From NCBI GenBank assembly GCA_964505525.1, contig CAZDIQ010000001.1, positions 5,544 to 69,543 on the forward strand: a stretch of DNA of 64,000 nucleotides, written 5' to 3'. Every line of letters starts with the position of its first letter. Positions within the stretch are counted from its first letter, which is position 1. Of the stretch, positions 35,324-46,177 are shown piece after piece. The notes beneath the pieces are model-generated. The model was not told the origin of the DNA and did not search any database. It worked only from the letters and a program-made list of their open reading frames with translations. Source of the stretch: an uncultured Acidimicrobiaceae bacterium (GTDB lineage: Bacteria > Actinomycetota > Acidimicrobiia > Spongiisociales > UBA5794). The position numbers were made by a program, and so were the translations under genes.

Positions 35324-36623
35324 CCCCATACCCCAGACCACGCGGCTCCGAGAACGCGCCGATCGTTGCCCCCGATCCGCGCCCAGCACCACCACCGCAG
35401 TGATACACAACGGCCCCGGACCAGTGCCATGCCGATGGATACCCGTCCCCCCCTGCGCCTGGAGTCGTCCCGGTATTATCGCCACCGTCGCTCAATGCCC
35501 CGCCGCCGCCACCACCGGCCTGGCTGGCGGTGCCAGTGCCACCCAAATGGTAGTAGGGGCCGCTGGAAGCATTGGGGGCAACATTGCCGCCGTTGACACT
35601 TGCCGAGAACGACGTGAAGTTCGGGGTGAACCCATCGGCGGTGTACCCCTCGAACGAGTTCCGCTTGTTCACGATGGAGGCCACACCGACTCCCTTCACG
35701 AGAGACGTGGTGCTGGTGGGTGCTGGGTGTCCGAACACGGGAATGATCTCTCCGGCCCCGCCGCCGCCACCACGGTTCACGTTGGTGCCGCCCCGCGACT
35801 GCTCACCGCCGCCGATCAGGAGAAAGTCAATCGTGGCTGGAAGGGCGGCCCCCGAGATCGGGTTCATGTGCGCGGTGAAGTTCGCCTTGTCGGCGTTGGT
35901 GTTGCCGGTGTTGATCCAGTGGTAGCAATAGTCGGAGTCGTACCATGTGCGAATCCCGGCAGATTGACTCGTGAACACGTACGAGAACGGGTTGTAAGCG
36001 GGCGCAGCGAAGTACGCATCCCAGTAGGCGAACGTGGCCGGATCGGGCTCCCCTCGGGCGAAGACGAACCCGACAAGACCCGCCTCTGGTGGGCTGTCCG
36101 GGGCAGCGAAGGTGCTTGTGAGCCCGAACTGCACATTCACTCCGTTCGCGTTCGGTACCAACGCGCACGAATTGACCCCTCCCGTCCTGGTGGGACTGAC
36201 AGGAGTGTCGTCGACCCATATGGTCGATCCGCCATCGACTGGGTCGTAGGTTGCGACCCACGAGTCCCAGTTCGTGCCCGAGATGACGTTACTGATGACC
36301 GAGCCGCCCGCCTGGAAGTTGATCCCGACGTTCGACGCTGCGAGGAACCCGATCCGCGACGATGTGCCGGTGTTGACGTCAGGCCACCCCAGCGCCGCTC
36401 GCTGTAGCGTGGCCCCGTTGGCCTTCCTGAACGCCATCACAGTGAACGGGCCGTCGCATGGTGGACCTCCGAAGTGGTTGGTCCAGTTCCCGACGATGTT
36501 CCCCAAGGCGACCACCGAGTTCAGGGTGTCGTTGTTGCCTGAGATGATCAGATCGAAGTCCGACCCAGCGATTCCTTGATTCTCAATGACCTGATCGTCG
36601 GTCATCCCGTTCCAACTGCGCAT
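35244..36623 (-). CDS. Gly-rich minor tail protein
   Basis: Poly-Gly tracts 'GGGGGAGE', 'GGGGGGALSDGGDNTGTTPGAGGDGY' typical of actinophage minor tail proteins; N-terminal 124 aa of track ORF are Arg-rich and excluded. Confidence 0.5.
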   Translation of the reverse strand: MRSWNGMTDDQVIENQGIAGSDFDLIISGNNDTLNSVVALGNIVGNWTNHFGGPPCDGPFTVMAFRKANGATLQRAALGWPDVNTGTSSRIGFLAASNVGINFQAGGSVISNVISGTNWDSWVATYDPVDGGSTIWVDDTPVSPTRTGGVNSCALVPNANGVNVQFGLTSTFAAPDSPPEAGLVGFVFARGEPDPATFAYWDAYFAAPAYNPFSYVFTSQSAGIRTWYDSDYCYHWINTGNTNADKANFTAHMNPISGAALPATIDFLLIGGGEQSRGGTNVNRGGGGGAGEIIPVFGHPAPTSTTSLVKGVGVASIVNKRNSFEGYTADGFTPNFTSFSASVNGGNVAPNASSGPYYHLGGTGTASQAGGGGGGALSDGGDNTGTTPGAGGDGYPSAWHWSGAVVYHCGGGAGRGSGATIGAFSEPRGLGYGAHGANSSPTLVQGMSGGLVVRYERQD

Positions 36624-36703
36624 GTCCCAGACGATCAGAGCGTCGCGGAGCGGTTCGATCGGATGCACAACCAGAGGGTCGCCAGCGTTGAAGCGTTGCC
36701 GTC

Positions 36704-37114
36704 TCACGCCAAGCCGATCCACATTCCGCGTGACGCGCCGCCCCCGAAACTGGCGACATCCAGCGACACCAACGCGCCCGGCGGGACGGAGACAGACAGC
36801 GCGCCGCCCCCGTTGCCGCTGATCGACAGCGTCTGCGCGGTCACACCGTTGACTCGAACGTTCACCGACAATGCCGACGTGTTGACGATCAGCGATGCAT
36901 ACCAGATCGACAGGCTCGTCCCAGCGAACGACAGGATGCCCGGCGACTCGTCGGTGTAGTTGATCAGCCCCGGCCACGAAAACTGGAACGGCCACTCCGA
37001 CCCGCCGCCACCGCCGCCACCGGCCTGTTGACGAATACGACGATCGGCCCTGTTCGGTGCCGGATCGAACAGAGGCTCCGACGCCGGAGAGAACCGCGAC
37101 GACCGGCCGCTCAC
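36704..37114 (-). CDS. Gly-rich minor tail protein (136 aa)
   Basis: 'QQAGGGGGGGSEW', ATGA-coupled to upstream tail gene. Confidence 0.4.
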   Translation of the reverse strand: MSGRSSRFSPASEPLFDPAPNRADRRIRQQAGGGGGGGSEWPFQFSWPGLINYTDESPGILSFAGTSLSIWYASLIVNTSALSVNVRVNGVTAQTLSISGNGGGALSVSVPPGALVSLDVASFGGGASRGMWIGLA

Positions 37115-39036
37115 TCCGTCACCCCCAACGCCTTCGAGAACGCCATCTGCGAGTTCCGGTACTTCGTGTCACCCACAAGCCCTTGCCCGATGCCCTTCAA
37201 CAATTCGAACTGCTCACGCTGCTGCAAATTGATCCGGGCGTTCAACTCCAACGTGATGTCCGCCCGACCCATGTCGGTCTGGACGACCGTGATCGCATGC
37301 ACCTGATACTGGGTCAGGACACCAGTCGGACCGGGACACCCAACCTGATTCCCGACCGAGTACGCGTCGTACGGTGAGTCCGCTTCGCCGAGCGGGTCGA
37401 TCGCGACCACGACCGCATACTTCGGGTTGGCGTTCTCCTCCAACATCACTCCCGCCTGGGACAATGCGTCGTTCAACGTCGGAGCGTCGACGGTCATGAA
37501 CCCCTCGTACTGACCCCACAACGCCTGCGACGCCACATCCTCAATCTCGAAGTAGCCGGACGTCCACTTCACCAGATACCTGTTCCGAGGCTGCACCTGC
37601 GGCACGAACGACAACGACCGGATCGTCTGCGTGTCGACGTCATGCGTGACCTGATAATCGATACCGGAGGGCGTAGCGATCGACCCCTGCACGAACATCT
37701 GCAACAACTTCGTGCCCGGCCTGACCCGCCAATCCACCCACCCTTGATCGACCAGACCGCCAAGCAGATCGAGGACACTGTTCCCGATCGCGATCGAGTA
37801 GCCAGGCAGATACTCCCACGGGTTGCCGAGCGAATCGTTCCAGTCGGTGAAGTCGGTAGCGAACCCGGACAACGCACCGCGGGCCTGTACCTCGCCGATC
37901 GCGTCAAGCATGATCTGGCCCGGCGTCCATCCCGGATCAGGCACCGGATACGGCAACGCGATCCACGACCCGTCGGTGACAACGATGTTCTCAACCGGGT
38001 CAGCGTGATCGTCCAGCCGGGCGACTGCGCACATGAACCCGCCAGGGTTGTAGAACTCCGGAGGCCATTCCGAGTTCACTACCAACGCCGCCAACGTGTA
38101 CGTCCCTGCGGGCAACGTCATGTCGACCCGCTTGTATTCCTGCCAGCAGTGCATGTTGACCAGTTCACCGAGGATCGGCGTGCCGTCGAGGTACAGCGTG
38201 TAGTAGTTGTCGCCGGTGACGAAGATGCCGACGTTCGTTTCGCTGGTCAAGGTGAACACCCGTCGGAAGTAGTTCTTGCCGGGCGGCTGCAAGTCGTCCT
38301 GCCCCCAGATCCAGTAGGCGTCCGGGATCGGCCAGCCGATCGGTGCAGGCACCGGAACGATCTCGACGACGTCCTCCTCACCGTCAAGTTCGGTCGTGTA
38401 TTCCAGGAACGAGAACCGGCCAGGGTCGATCACGTTCGCCTTGTATCCGACAGTGGCCGGGACCCAACCGCCGAGGTTGGGGTAGTCCGGCGACGCGAAC
38501 GTGTACAGCCGATGCTGCGCGTTGACTGGATTCTCCAACCCCTTCGGCGGGTAGACGATCGCCTCGTCTAGCAGGGTGGCCCGGCCCTGCCCGGCCGCCG
38601 TAATCCGCTCACCGGCTTCCTCGCTTTCCGTCAACGCCACAATCTGTGGAGGTTGAAGGATCTCCCAGGTGAACACGACGTCACCGAACATGTAGCAGCG
38701 AACCTCACGGCCGGGGACCAGCTGCGCGGCGTCTGGATCGTCACGTTGGATCGTGAGCCGCCCTGAGCCGACGTCGTTCAACGTGTCCTGGAACTGCACC
38801 CCCGTCTGGGTCGACAACGTCGAGATGAACGTCCCTGACGCGGACCACAGTTCGGCGTACATCGACGGCACGAACGGGTCAGGATCAGGGTCGGCGTTAC
38901 GGACCGAGATACCAGCCACCGGGGTAGCCCCGTCGAACGAGGCCAAGTCGAGAATGTTCGTCTGTGGTGGCCCGACCGCAATCGGGCCGACGACCGCGGT
39001 TTCACCGTCGAATGACGCCAGATCAAGCTCGACCAT
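37111..39036 (-). CDS. minor tail protein (641 aa)
   Basis: Large ORF downstream of tape measure. Confidence 0.5.
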   Translation of the reverse strand: MVELDLASFDGETAVVGPIAVGPPQTNILDLASFDGATPVAGISVRNADPDPDPFVPSMYAELWSASGTFISTLSTQTGVQFQDTLNDVGSGRLTIQRDDPDAAQLVPGREVRCYMFGDVVFTWEILQPPQIVALTESEEAGERITAAGQGRATLLDEAIVYPPKGLENPVNAQHRLYTFASPDYPNLGGWVPATVGYKANVIDPGRFSFLEYTTELDGEEDVVEIVPVPAPIGWPIPDAYWIWGQDDLQPPGKNYFRRVFTLTSETNVGIFVTGDNYYTLYLDGTPILGELVNMHCWQEYKRVDMTLPAGTYTLAALVVNSEWPPEFYNPGGFMCAVARLDDHADPVENIVVTDGSWIALPYPVPDPGWTPGQIMLDAIGEVQARGALSGFATDFTDWNDSLGNPWEYLPGYSIAIGNSVLDLLGGLVDQGWVDWRVRPGTKLLQMFVQGSIATPSGIDYQVTHDVDTQTIRSLSFVPQVQPRNRYLVKWTSGYFEIEDVASQALWGQYEGFMTVDAPTLNDALSQAGVMLEENANPKYAVVVAIDPLGEADSPYDAYSVGNQVGCPGPTGVLTQYQVHAITVVQTDMGRADITLELNARINLQQREQFELLKGIGQGLVGDTKYRNSQMAFSKALGVTE

Positions 39037-39048
39037 GCCAGCCTTCGT

Positions 39049-39459
39049 TTACAGTCGGAACATCTTCGTCGTGCCGTTCGACCAGCGGACGATCACATCC
39101 CCACCGTCCGTTTCGACGTCGATCATCGCCGCCGACGCGAGCGTGTCGTAGAAGATCACCACCCGCGACGTCGCCGCGGAACCGGTCCACTGATAGACGA
39201 TGATCGACCGGATGTCATCACCTGCGCCGACCGCGGTGAACGTGACGTCGTTCGCGTCGCACACACCGTGCACGTTCGTCTTGCCGGACAGGTTGGCCGA
39301 GGCGACGATGACGCTGCCCGACACATCGTCGTAGAACTCGTCGGCGGCGTCGTAGCTGTAGGTGTCGTCCATGAGGGCGCACCGCCAGTCGCTGCCGGTG
39401 AAGTCCAGGTCGCCGTCGGCGAACGCCTGCCGCGACAGCGGGTACATCTGGTTGGACAT
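39049..39459 (-). CDS. minor tail protein (136 aa)
   Basis: Position after TMP. Confidence 0.4.
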   Translation of the reverse strand: MSNQMYPLSRQAFADGDLDFTGSDWRCALMDDTYSYDAADEFYDDVSGSVIVASANLSGKTNVHGVCDANDVTFTAVGAGDDIRSIIVYQWTGSAATSRVVIFYDTLASAAMIDVETDGGDVIVRWSNGTTKMFRL

Positions 39460-39495
39460 GGCCGCAGCCTATGCGATCGGCCGACGAGGGCCGGG

Positions 39496-39996
39496 TTACG
39501 AGCCGACGAGCACGAACCGGCCAGCCGGAACGGTCAACGTCACCCGATACACGGCGTAGCCGGGGTCCTCGACTGGGTTCACAGCACGAGGCAACGTGAA
39601 CTTGACGTCGGCCTTCATCTTCGTGGCCCCGTCCGGCAACGTCAACGTCGCCGGGATCGTGCCACGCCCCGTCGTGACCGGCCCGAAAGCGCCCGAGATG
39701 AGGGTCTGCAAGTTGGCCCACAATCCCATCCACGCGTCGTCGTGTGCCACCCCGTTCTGGTCGGCGTACCCATTCACGAACAAAGTCAACTCGTAGTCCG
39801 ATTCGTCATACCGCGACGGATACGACCGTTGACCGGCCGCGGTCGGCAACAGCACCGAGTCCGCCCGGATCGCATGCTCAACCCACAAGGCTTGCAGGTC
39901 AGTGATGTCCCAGGCCGGGCAGTTCAACGGGAAGTCGTCATCGCCGACGTCGAGCGCGCCGAGGCACCCGTACTCGTTCTCACACCACCCGGCCAT
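39496..39996 (-). CDS. minor tail protein (166 aa)
   Basis: Start overlaps TMP stop. Confidence 0.4.
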   Translation of the reverse strand: MAGWCENEYGCLGALDVGDDDFPLNCPAWDITDLQALWVEHAIRADSVLLPTAAGQRSYPSRYDESDYELTLFVNGYADQNGVAHDDAWMGLWANLQTLISGAFGPVTTGRGTIPATLTLPDGATKMKADVKFTLPRAVNPVEDPGYAVYRVTLTVPAGRFVLVGS

Positions 39997-42900
39997 CAGA
40001 ACTCCTCATCCCAGTCGATCCTGCCCGCGCCCAGGTCGGACAGCTGCGACACGATACGCGTCGCCGTCTTATGTGCGTTCTTCGCTTCGTTCACCGTGAT
40101 CTGCTCGACGTTCACCGACCGGTCCATCGAACGCGATACCGCCTGACGTGCCGCCGCCGACGGCACCAAAGGACGTCCCCCACGGGAACCGTGCGCGACG
40201 TCAGCGGACACCGGGTCCCTACGAGACAAGGCCAGCCCGAACATTTCGGCCACCTGCGACAGCACCTTCTCAGATTGGCGACGCTTCCGCACCCCCAACG
40301 GGATGTACGCCTCGCCACCGGTTTCCGGCTCGGCAAAGACCCGCCACGCCCCGGCCGGTGCCATGTGGGCCGTATGGTTCTCGCGGACCCCACCGTTCCG
40401 GAAGAACAGGAGGCCACCGTCAGCGAACGGGATGCCACCACCGTTTGCCGAGACACGCTGGTTCCGTCCCGCGCTCTCAACTTGCAACGCTTCAAGGATC
40501 TGCCGGTCCCGTTCGGAGATGACGACGTTCACGTTCACCGGCACTTCGATCCCCGCGGCAGCCGCGATGTTCGCGGCTGTGATCGCCGCCTCAACAGCTT
40601 CCTGCATCTTCGTCGACAGCAGGTCCGGTTGGATCAGATTGTCGACCAGCTGCTGCGCGATCGCCGGGTCGAGCCCACCAGCCGTCAACTGGTTCGTCAA
40701 GTCCTGCGACGCCGACGCCAGGAACAGCTGGGCGGCGGTCGCGCCTTGCGTCTCGAAGATGCCCTGAGCCTGAGACAGAATCCCGTTGATCGTCGGCGCG
40801 AGCGTGTCCTGGAACAGCTGCTTCGATTCTTCGGTCGGCGCGGCCAGGATGAACTGGTACAGGCCGATCCCGGCCTCAGCGGCCTGCTGCTTCACGATGT
40901 CGAGCAGCCCGCCAGGGTTCGACAAGTCGATGCCACCGAGCCGGGCTTCCAACTCGTCCAGTTCCCGCAACGCGTCATCAAGGTTGCGTTGAGCCTTCTC
41001 AGCGTCCTGGAACACGAGCGCCCGTTCACGTTCAAGCGCCGCCGCGCCGACCGTCGCGCCAGCGGCACGGGCCGCTTCGATCCGGGCGTCGAGAATGTCG
41101 GCTTCGGTCTGGGCGTCGGCCTGTTCGCGGGCGACGTCCGCGCGTAGATCGGCGATCGTGTCGCGCTGATCGTTGATATCTTCGATCAGCCGCTTGGCTT
41201 CCTCCTGAGCCTTCTTGAATCCGTCGGAGTCGACCAACCCGAGCAACGCCGATGAGATCCCAGCGATGTCCGTCTCGATGTTCTGGCGGGCGACGGTGAG
41301 CGACAGGTTCTTGTCGAGCCCGGAGAACGCTGTCGACACCAACTTCGTCGCGGCCTCAACCCCCTTCAACGCCTCCTCGTATGCCTCCTCCAAGTCTTTG
41401 ACGCTCTTGGCTTCGTCGTCGAGCAGCTGCTGCCGTTCCTTCGCGACCCCGGCCATGTACCGCTGGTTCGCCGCGTAGGCGTCGGCCATCGTCTTGTAGG
41501 ACTTACCGGTCTGGTCGGCGTCAAACTCGGCGCGGGTTCGCAGGGAGTCGAGCACAGGGGAAACGACCCGGTCAATCTCATCAAGTCGTCCAGCGATACG
41601 GGCGACGTCCTCGACGTTGACGATGCGGTTGGCCAACCCTCCCTCGTAGACGTACAACGAGTCGAGGAACGCTGCAATGTCGGCGTCGGTGCCTGCCAGA
41701 AGCTCCTTCAACTCGTCACGATTGATCCGCACCCCGTTCGGCAGCCCGGACAGCAGTTCCTCCATGAAGTCGGTGTCCAGCTGCTGGGACAGGAACTCGT
41801 CGAACGACTCGGTGTCAATGACGTCCTCGGCGGTCAGCTTCTGGGCTTCGGTGATACCGAAGGCTTCACCGAACTCGGTGCGGATCGTGTCGGCGAGCGT
41901 TTCGACGGTCGCCTGGAACTCCTCGGCTTCACGCTTCCCGGCTTGCAGCTGACCGACGATCGCACCGATCGCGGTCGCCCCGACAGCCAACCCCAGCCCG
42001 ATCGGTCCACCGGCCGCGAACCCTGCGGCGGCCGACCCGACCGCCGACACGAACGACGTCACCTTCCCTGCGGTGTCATCGGCGGCGAACCCGATCCCGG
42101 AGATGGCCCCGACGATCGCGGCCGACCCGACGACCGCGGCCGACGAGAACTTCTTGACCGCACCACCAGCGGTATCCATCGACGTCGTCGTCGTCTCCAC
42201 AGCGGCGCCTGCTTCGCTCGCGGCCTTCGCCGTGCCAGGCAGCACCGCCGAGAACCGGGAGAACGACGCCGTGATCGACGTGATCGTCCCAGCGACCCCT
42301 TGTGCGGCCTTGAACGCGACGAAGGCAGTCACCATCGAGGTCAGTACAGGGACTGGGATGATCTCCAAGACGTCGGCGAGAGCGGTGAGCCCCGGCACCA
42401 GAATTGACGCCAACGTCGTACCGGTCTGGGCGACGGCGGGGCCAAGCTCAGCGATGATCCGACCGATCTCTGGCAGCACCCGCCCCATCAACGGCAACAG
42501 TTGAGTGATAACCGGCACGACCCCTTCGAGGGCTGAGCCGAGCCCCGTGAACAATCCTTCGAACGCTGGCGCGAGAGCGAGGCCGAGGTCGTCGACCAAC
42601 GGAAGGATCTGGGGGATGAGCCCCTCGAACGACCGGGCCAGGGCAGGCCCGATGGCCTTCAACGCAATGTCGACCTGACCCTCCAACGGGCCGAGAGCGT
42701 CCGCGACCAAGGTCGACACACCAGAAAACGCGGAGATCAGGTTCAGCTGGATCGTGTCACCGAACGCGGACAGCTTGCCTTGCAAGGTTTCAGCAGCCGC
42801 TTCGATCGACCCGGCGACACCAGGGAACTCCTGCATCCGTTCGAGCAGAATGTCGACGGCGTCTTCCCCGGTGATCGCCCCGTCCTTGATCTTCTCCTGA

Positions 42901-44159
42901 GCCTCCTGGAACGACACTCCAAACCGCTCAGCGACCCCTTCGGCCAGCTGCATCTCGGTGTTGAAGCCAGGCAGAGTCGACGTGATCTGGCGCAGGTCCT
43001 GCGTCAACGGCTTGACACTGGTACGAATCTGGCCGAGCGCGAGCGTCAGCCGACCGAACGCCTCCGGGCTGCTGTTGCCGAGCAACGCGACGATCGCCCC
43101 CAGATCCTTGACGGTCGGGACGACCTCCTCAGCGGTGATACCAATCGCGAGCAGCTGACGGGCAGTGTTCGCGAGGGTTTGCGTGTCGAACGGTGACGGG
43201 ATCGCGAACGCTTGCAGTTCCTTGAACAAGACGTCGGCCTGTTCCGCGGAGCCGAGGATGTTCTCGAACGACTTGATCGTCCCTTCGAGCGCGGCCGCCG
43301 ACTGGACACCCATGACAGTGATCGCTGCGCCAGCCGCGCCGATCGCCGCGACCCCGCCGACTGCCAGGAACCCGAGACGACTGACGAGTCGCCCGATCCC
43401 ACCATTATTCGACGCGGCCTTGTCAGCGACCGCGTCGACCGCTTCGATCTGTGCGGCAGCCGACGCGATCCCGTTGACATCGAACTGAATGTCGATATCT
43501 CGACCGTCCAACGCGGCGACAGCCGCGGTGACCGTCGACAATTGAGACAACGCCGTCGCCGCGTCGACGTCCACGTCGATGTCGACCGGCTGGCCGGACA
43601 CGGCCGTGATGAGCGTCGAGATACGAGCCAGTTCCGCCCGTGCCCCAGCGTCACGGACGATCGGATCAATGATGATCGTGTCCGACTCGACCGACTTCGC
43701 GATAGCCGCCAACCGGAGCAGAGCGGCGTTGGCTTCCTCGATCTGGTCCGTGCGGAGATCGGCCTGCAACTTGATCGTGTCGAACGCGTTGAGGCCAGCG
43801 ACAAGCTGGGCGATGTCACCGCGGGCGGTAGCCAGGTCAAGCTTGACCGGGATATCAATCCCGACTGCCTCGGCCGCCGCCTTGACCCCGGCGATCTCGC
43901 GGGCCATCGGCGCGGTGTCGGCATCGACCGGGACCGTGATCCCACCGGCCGCAGCAGTCCGTTGCAGGACGGCAAGCTCACGACGAATCTCGGCCCGCAC
44001 CTTCGACAAGTCAACGGTGACACCGATGTTGACCTTCGCCTGCTCCTCCAACGTCCGCATCTCTTGCAGCAGACGTCGACGGATAGCGGCGATGTCCCGC
44101 AGCAGCTTCTCGTCAGAGAGCCGAAGGTCACCGGTTGCGGTCGCCAGCGGATCTGCCAC
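39996..44159 (-). CDS. tape measure protein
   Basis: 1387 aa, Ala/Gly/Leu-rich coiled-coil-like, internal hydrophobic segment, GVT start; largest tail gene. Confidence 0.8.
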   Translation of the reverse strand: MADPLATATGDLRLSDEKLLRDIAAIRRRLLQEMRTLEEQAKVNIGVTVDLSKVRAEIRRELAVLQRTAAAGGITVPVDADTAPMAREIAGVKAAAEAVGIDIPVKLDLATARGDIAQLVAGLNAFDTIKLQADLRTDQIEEANAALLRLAAIAKSVESDTIIIDPIVRDAGARAELARISTLITAVSGQPVDIDVDVDAATALSQLSTVTAAVAALDGRDIDIQFDVNGIASAAAQIEAVDAVADKAASNNGGIGRLVSRLGFLAVGGVAAIGAAGAAITVMGVQSAAALEGTIKSFENILGSAEQADVLFKELQAFAIPSPFDTQTLANTARQLLAIGITAEEVVPTVKDLGAIVALLGNSSPEAFGRLTLALGQIRTSVKPLTQDLRQITSTLPGFNTEMQLAEGVAERFGVSFQEAQEKIKDGAITGEDAVDILLERMQEFPGVAGSIEAAAETLQGKLSAFGDTIQLNLISAFSGVSTLVADALGPLEGQVDIALKAIGPALARSFEGLIPQILPLVDDLGLALAPAFEGLFTGLGSALEGVVPVITQLLPLMGRVLPEIGRIIAELGPAVAQTGTTLASILVPGLTALADVLEIIPVPVLTSMVTAFVAFKAAQGVAGTITSITASFSRFSAVLPGTAKAASEAGAAVETTTTSMDTAGGAVKKFSSAAVVGSAAIVGAISGIGFAADDTAGKVTSFVSAVGSAAAGFAAGGPIGLGLAVGATAIGAIVGQLQAGKREAEEFQATVETLADTIRTEFGEAFGITEAQKLTAEDVIDTESFDEFLSQQLDTDFMEELLSGLPNGVRINRDELKELLAGTDADIAAFLDSLYVYEGGLANRIVNVEDVARIAGRLDEIDRVVSPVLDSLRTRAEFDADQTGKSYKTMADAYAANQRYMAGVAKERQQLLDDEAKSVKDLEEAYEEALKGVEAATKLVSTAFSGLDKNLSLTVARQNIETDIAGISSALLGLVDSDGFKKAQEEAKRLIEDINDQRDTIADLRADVAREQADAQTEADILDARIEAARAAGATVGAAALERERALVFQDAEKAQRNLDDALRELDELEARLGGIDLSNPGGLLDIVKQQAAEAGIGLYQFILAAPTEESKQLFQDTLAPTINGILSQAQGIFETQGATAAQLFLASASQDLTNQLTAGGLDPAIAQQLVDNLIQPDLLSTKMQEAVEAAITAANIAAAAGIEVPVNVNVVISERDRQILEALQVESAGRNQRVSANGGGIPFADGGLLFFRNGGVRENHTAHMAPAGAWRVFAEPETGGEAYIPLGVRKRRQSEKVLSQVAEMFGLALSRRDPVSADVAHGSRGGRPLVPSAAARQAVSRSMDRSVNVEQITVNEAKNAHKTATRIVSQLSDLGAGRIDWDEEF

Positions 44160-44385
44160 GCTGGAACACTAACCGCCTCGGTGCCAGGCCGGATGGAGCG
44201 TCACCCGAACAGGTCGTCGGCCTGCTTCAACTGGGCCTGCTTGCGTTGCTCGACGAGGAACTCGTCTTCGACGATCGGGATTCCGAACTTCTTCGCCATG
44301 TCCTTCCACATGCGGCGACGTTCGGCTTCCTTCGGGTACACCCGTTCCATCTGGTAGACGGCGACGATCGCCGCGTCGCGCAGAG

Positions 44386-44949
44386 TCAGTCCGTGGAGGT
44401 TGATTCCGTGGAGTCGCCATCTAGCCCAGATGCCGGGGTTCCCGACGAGGGCGATGGCGGTGGCAGCAACGTAGGGTCCACGGACGCGACGGCCTCTACC
44501 TCCTTCTGCACCCGTCCGAGAACGACTTCTTCAAGCCAAACTCGGAGGGCTCGAACCTCGGCCGGGTCACCGTTGAGTAGCAGCGGGCCGAGTTCGTCCA
44601 CGTCTCGTTCGTCGATGAGCAGAAGACTCTGGTTGACCACCTTGCGCCATTCCTCGGCTTCCTCCTTGACGGCGAGTTCCCGAGAATCGTTCAGCATCTT
44701 CATCAGTTCTTCGTCCGTGACAGAGTCGTCCGCGGCCATCGCCAGTTCACGCCGGGCGCGCCGGGCACGTTCCACGACATGGGCTTGCAGTTGCGCGGAG
44801 ATCGACTCGTATTCCAAGTGCCCGTCGTAGCTGTACGACGCCTTCGCCCGGAACTGCTTCACGCTGACTTCATGCGTGGCCGGGTCGACGACACCCCACT
44901 CGAACGTCTTGCCTACGAACTTGACACCGAACTTTGGGATATCTGCCAT
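44386..44949 (-). CDS. tail assembly chaperone (G); -1 frame continues open to about 44201
   Basis: Directly upstream of TMP; the -1 frame is open from about 44530 to a stop at about 44201-44203 and encodes 'AIALVGNPGIWARWRLHGINLHGLTLRDAAIVAVYQMERVYPKEAERRRMWKDMAKKFGIPIVEDEFLVEQRKQAQLKQADDLFG'. Confidence 0.5.
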   Translation of the reverse strand: MADIPKFGVKFVGKTFEWGVVDPATHEVSVKQFRAKASYSYDGHLEYESISAQLQAHVVERARRARRELAMAADDSVTDEELMKMLNDSRELAVKEEAEEWRKVVNQSLLLIDERDVDELGPLLLNGDPAEVRALRVWLEEVVLGRVQKEVEAVASVDPTLLPPPSPSSGTPASGLDGDSTESTSTD

Positions 44950-44979
44950 GCCGGGATCGTAGCATCGGCTGCGACAGTG

Positions 44980-45288
44980 TCAGCGAGGGTGGCGTTGCAC
45001 CTTCCGGAAGCCGAGCCGACGGAACGTCGAGTAGAAGAACGGCCGCGCCTTCACCGGCCGCACACGACGAGCGAACACGACCACCCCCGCCTTGTTCACC
45101 CACCGCAACGCCTTCGCCTTCTTCGGGAAGATCCATCCGTGCCCCTCATGCACGTACACCCCATACTTCACGCGGGTGTAGAACGTGACGACGAACCCCC
45201 CGGCGACACGAACCGGCCGCAAGATGCCGGACTGATCACGCATGCGTCCGGTGTCGTACGGCTCCTCGGCGCGCAGCACCGCCAACAT
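44980..45288 (-). CDS. putative head-tail connector/tail completion protein (102 aa)
   Basis: Small basic protein in structural operon. Confidence 0.3.
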   Translation of the reverse strand: MLAVLRAEEPYDTGRMRDQSGILRPVRVAGGFVVTFYTRVKYGVYVHEGHGWIFPKKAKALRWVNKAGVVVFARRVRPVKARPFFYSTFRRLGFRKVQRHPR

Positions 45289-45341
45289 CTGCTTGTTATT
45301 CGCGACCCACCAGGCGTCGGCGAGTTCGCGTTCGAACTGCT

Positions 45342-45590
45342 CTACGGCCCGCTGGTCGATGTCGACTCTGGCGATGGCTCGGCTCCTTCCACGACGACCA
45401 CAACGTCGGCCGCTGCGTCCGGTACGGCACGCGTGCGCGGCTTCCGTTCTTTCGGTAGCACCAGTTCAACGGCGTGCCCCGCGGCGATGAACCGGTCAAC
45501 TCGATCGTCGTCCCACGACTTCGCGTCGAATATCGACCCGACCGGGCCTTGCGTCAGGAACGGCCGTTGAATTATCAGACGTCTGCCCAC
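45342..45590 (-). CDS. hypothetical structural protein (82 aa)
   Basis: ORF. Confidence 0.3.
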   Translation of the reverse strand: MGRRLIIQRPFLTQGPVGSIFDAKSWDDDRVDRFIAAGHAVELVLPKERKPRTRAVPDAAADVVVVVEGAEPSPESTSTSGP

Positions 45591-45605
45591 AGAACTCTCC
45601 TTCTC

Positions 45606-46094
45606 TCAGGAACCAGTGTTGCACGGATCGCAGAACGTGACGTCGACTGACAGACGCATCGTCCACCCGGCGCAGTTCCCCATCGGCGGGTCGTCAGTCA
45701 ACGACACGAACCTGATCCACTGGTTCCACGGCGCGCAACACTTGATCGCCGCCAAGGCTTCCCAGCCGGACGCGACGAGTTCCATGCCGTCGATCGACAG
45801 TTTCTCCGCTGACCGTGCCTTCCCGGACTTCGTGTTCGACATGAAGCACTGCGAGTAGATGACGTCAACTTCGGTGCGTAGCTGCATGCACTTCGTCGAC
45901 ATCGCCGCCTCACCACCGGCCGGTGACGTCGACACTTCCTCAACGCGCAGCACGCACGGCGCCGAGCAGCATTCGATCGTCTCGCCGGAGCCAGTGGACC
46001 CGGTATGAACTTCCATACCGGGGCACAATTCTCCGAGGCAGTCGACGATGCGAGCCAACGCGTGCGCCGGGGACGGGAAACCCTTGACTGCCAC
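45606..46094 (-). CDS. Cys-rich hypothetical protein (162 aa, 12 Cys)
   Basis: ORF. Confidence 0.4.
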   Translation of the reverse strand: MAVKGFPSPAHALARIVDCLGELCPGMEVHTGSTGSGETIECCSAPCVLRVEEVSTSPAGGEAAMSTKCMQLRTEVDVIYSQCFMSNTKSGKARSAEKLSIDGMELVASGWEALAAIKCCAPWNQWIRFVSLTDDPPMGNCAGWTMRLSVDVTFCDPCNTGS

Positions 46095-46177
46095 GGGGGA
46101 ACCTTACCCTCGGACGCGACGTGCCCCCGGCATCAGTCAGGCCGGGGGCACGTCTGTAGTCGCTAGGAGGCGAAAGG

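Noticed and set aside
44169-44420. 83-aa minus ORF between chaperone gene and TMP as a separate gene
   Set aside because: It is Arg-rich and in the wrong frame for the G-T extension. The genuine extension is in the -1 frame instead.
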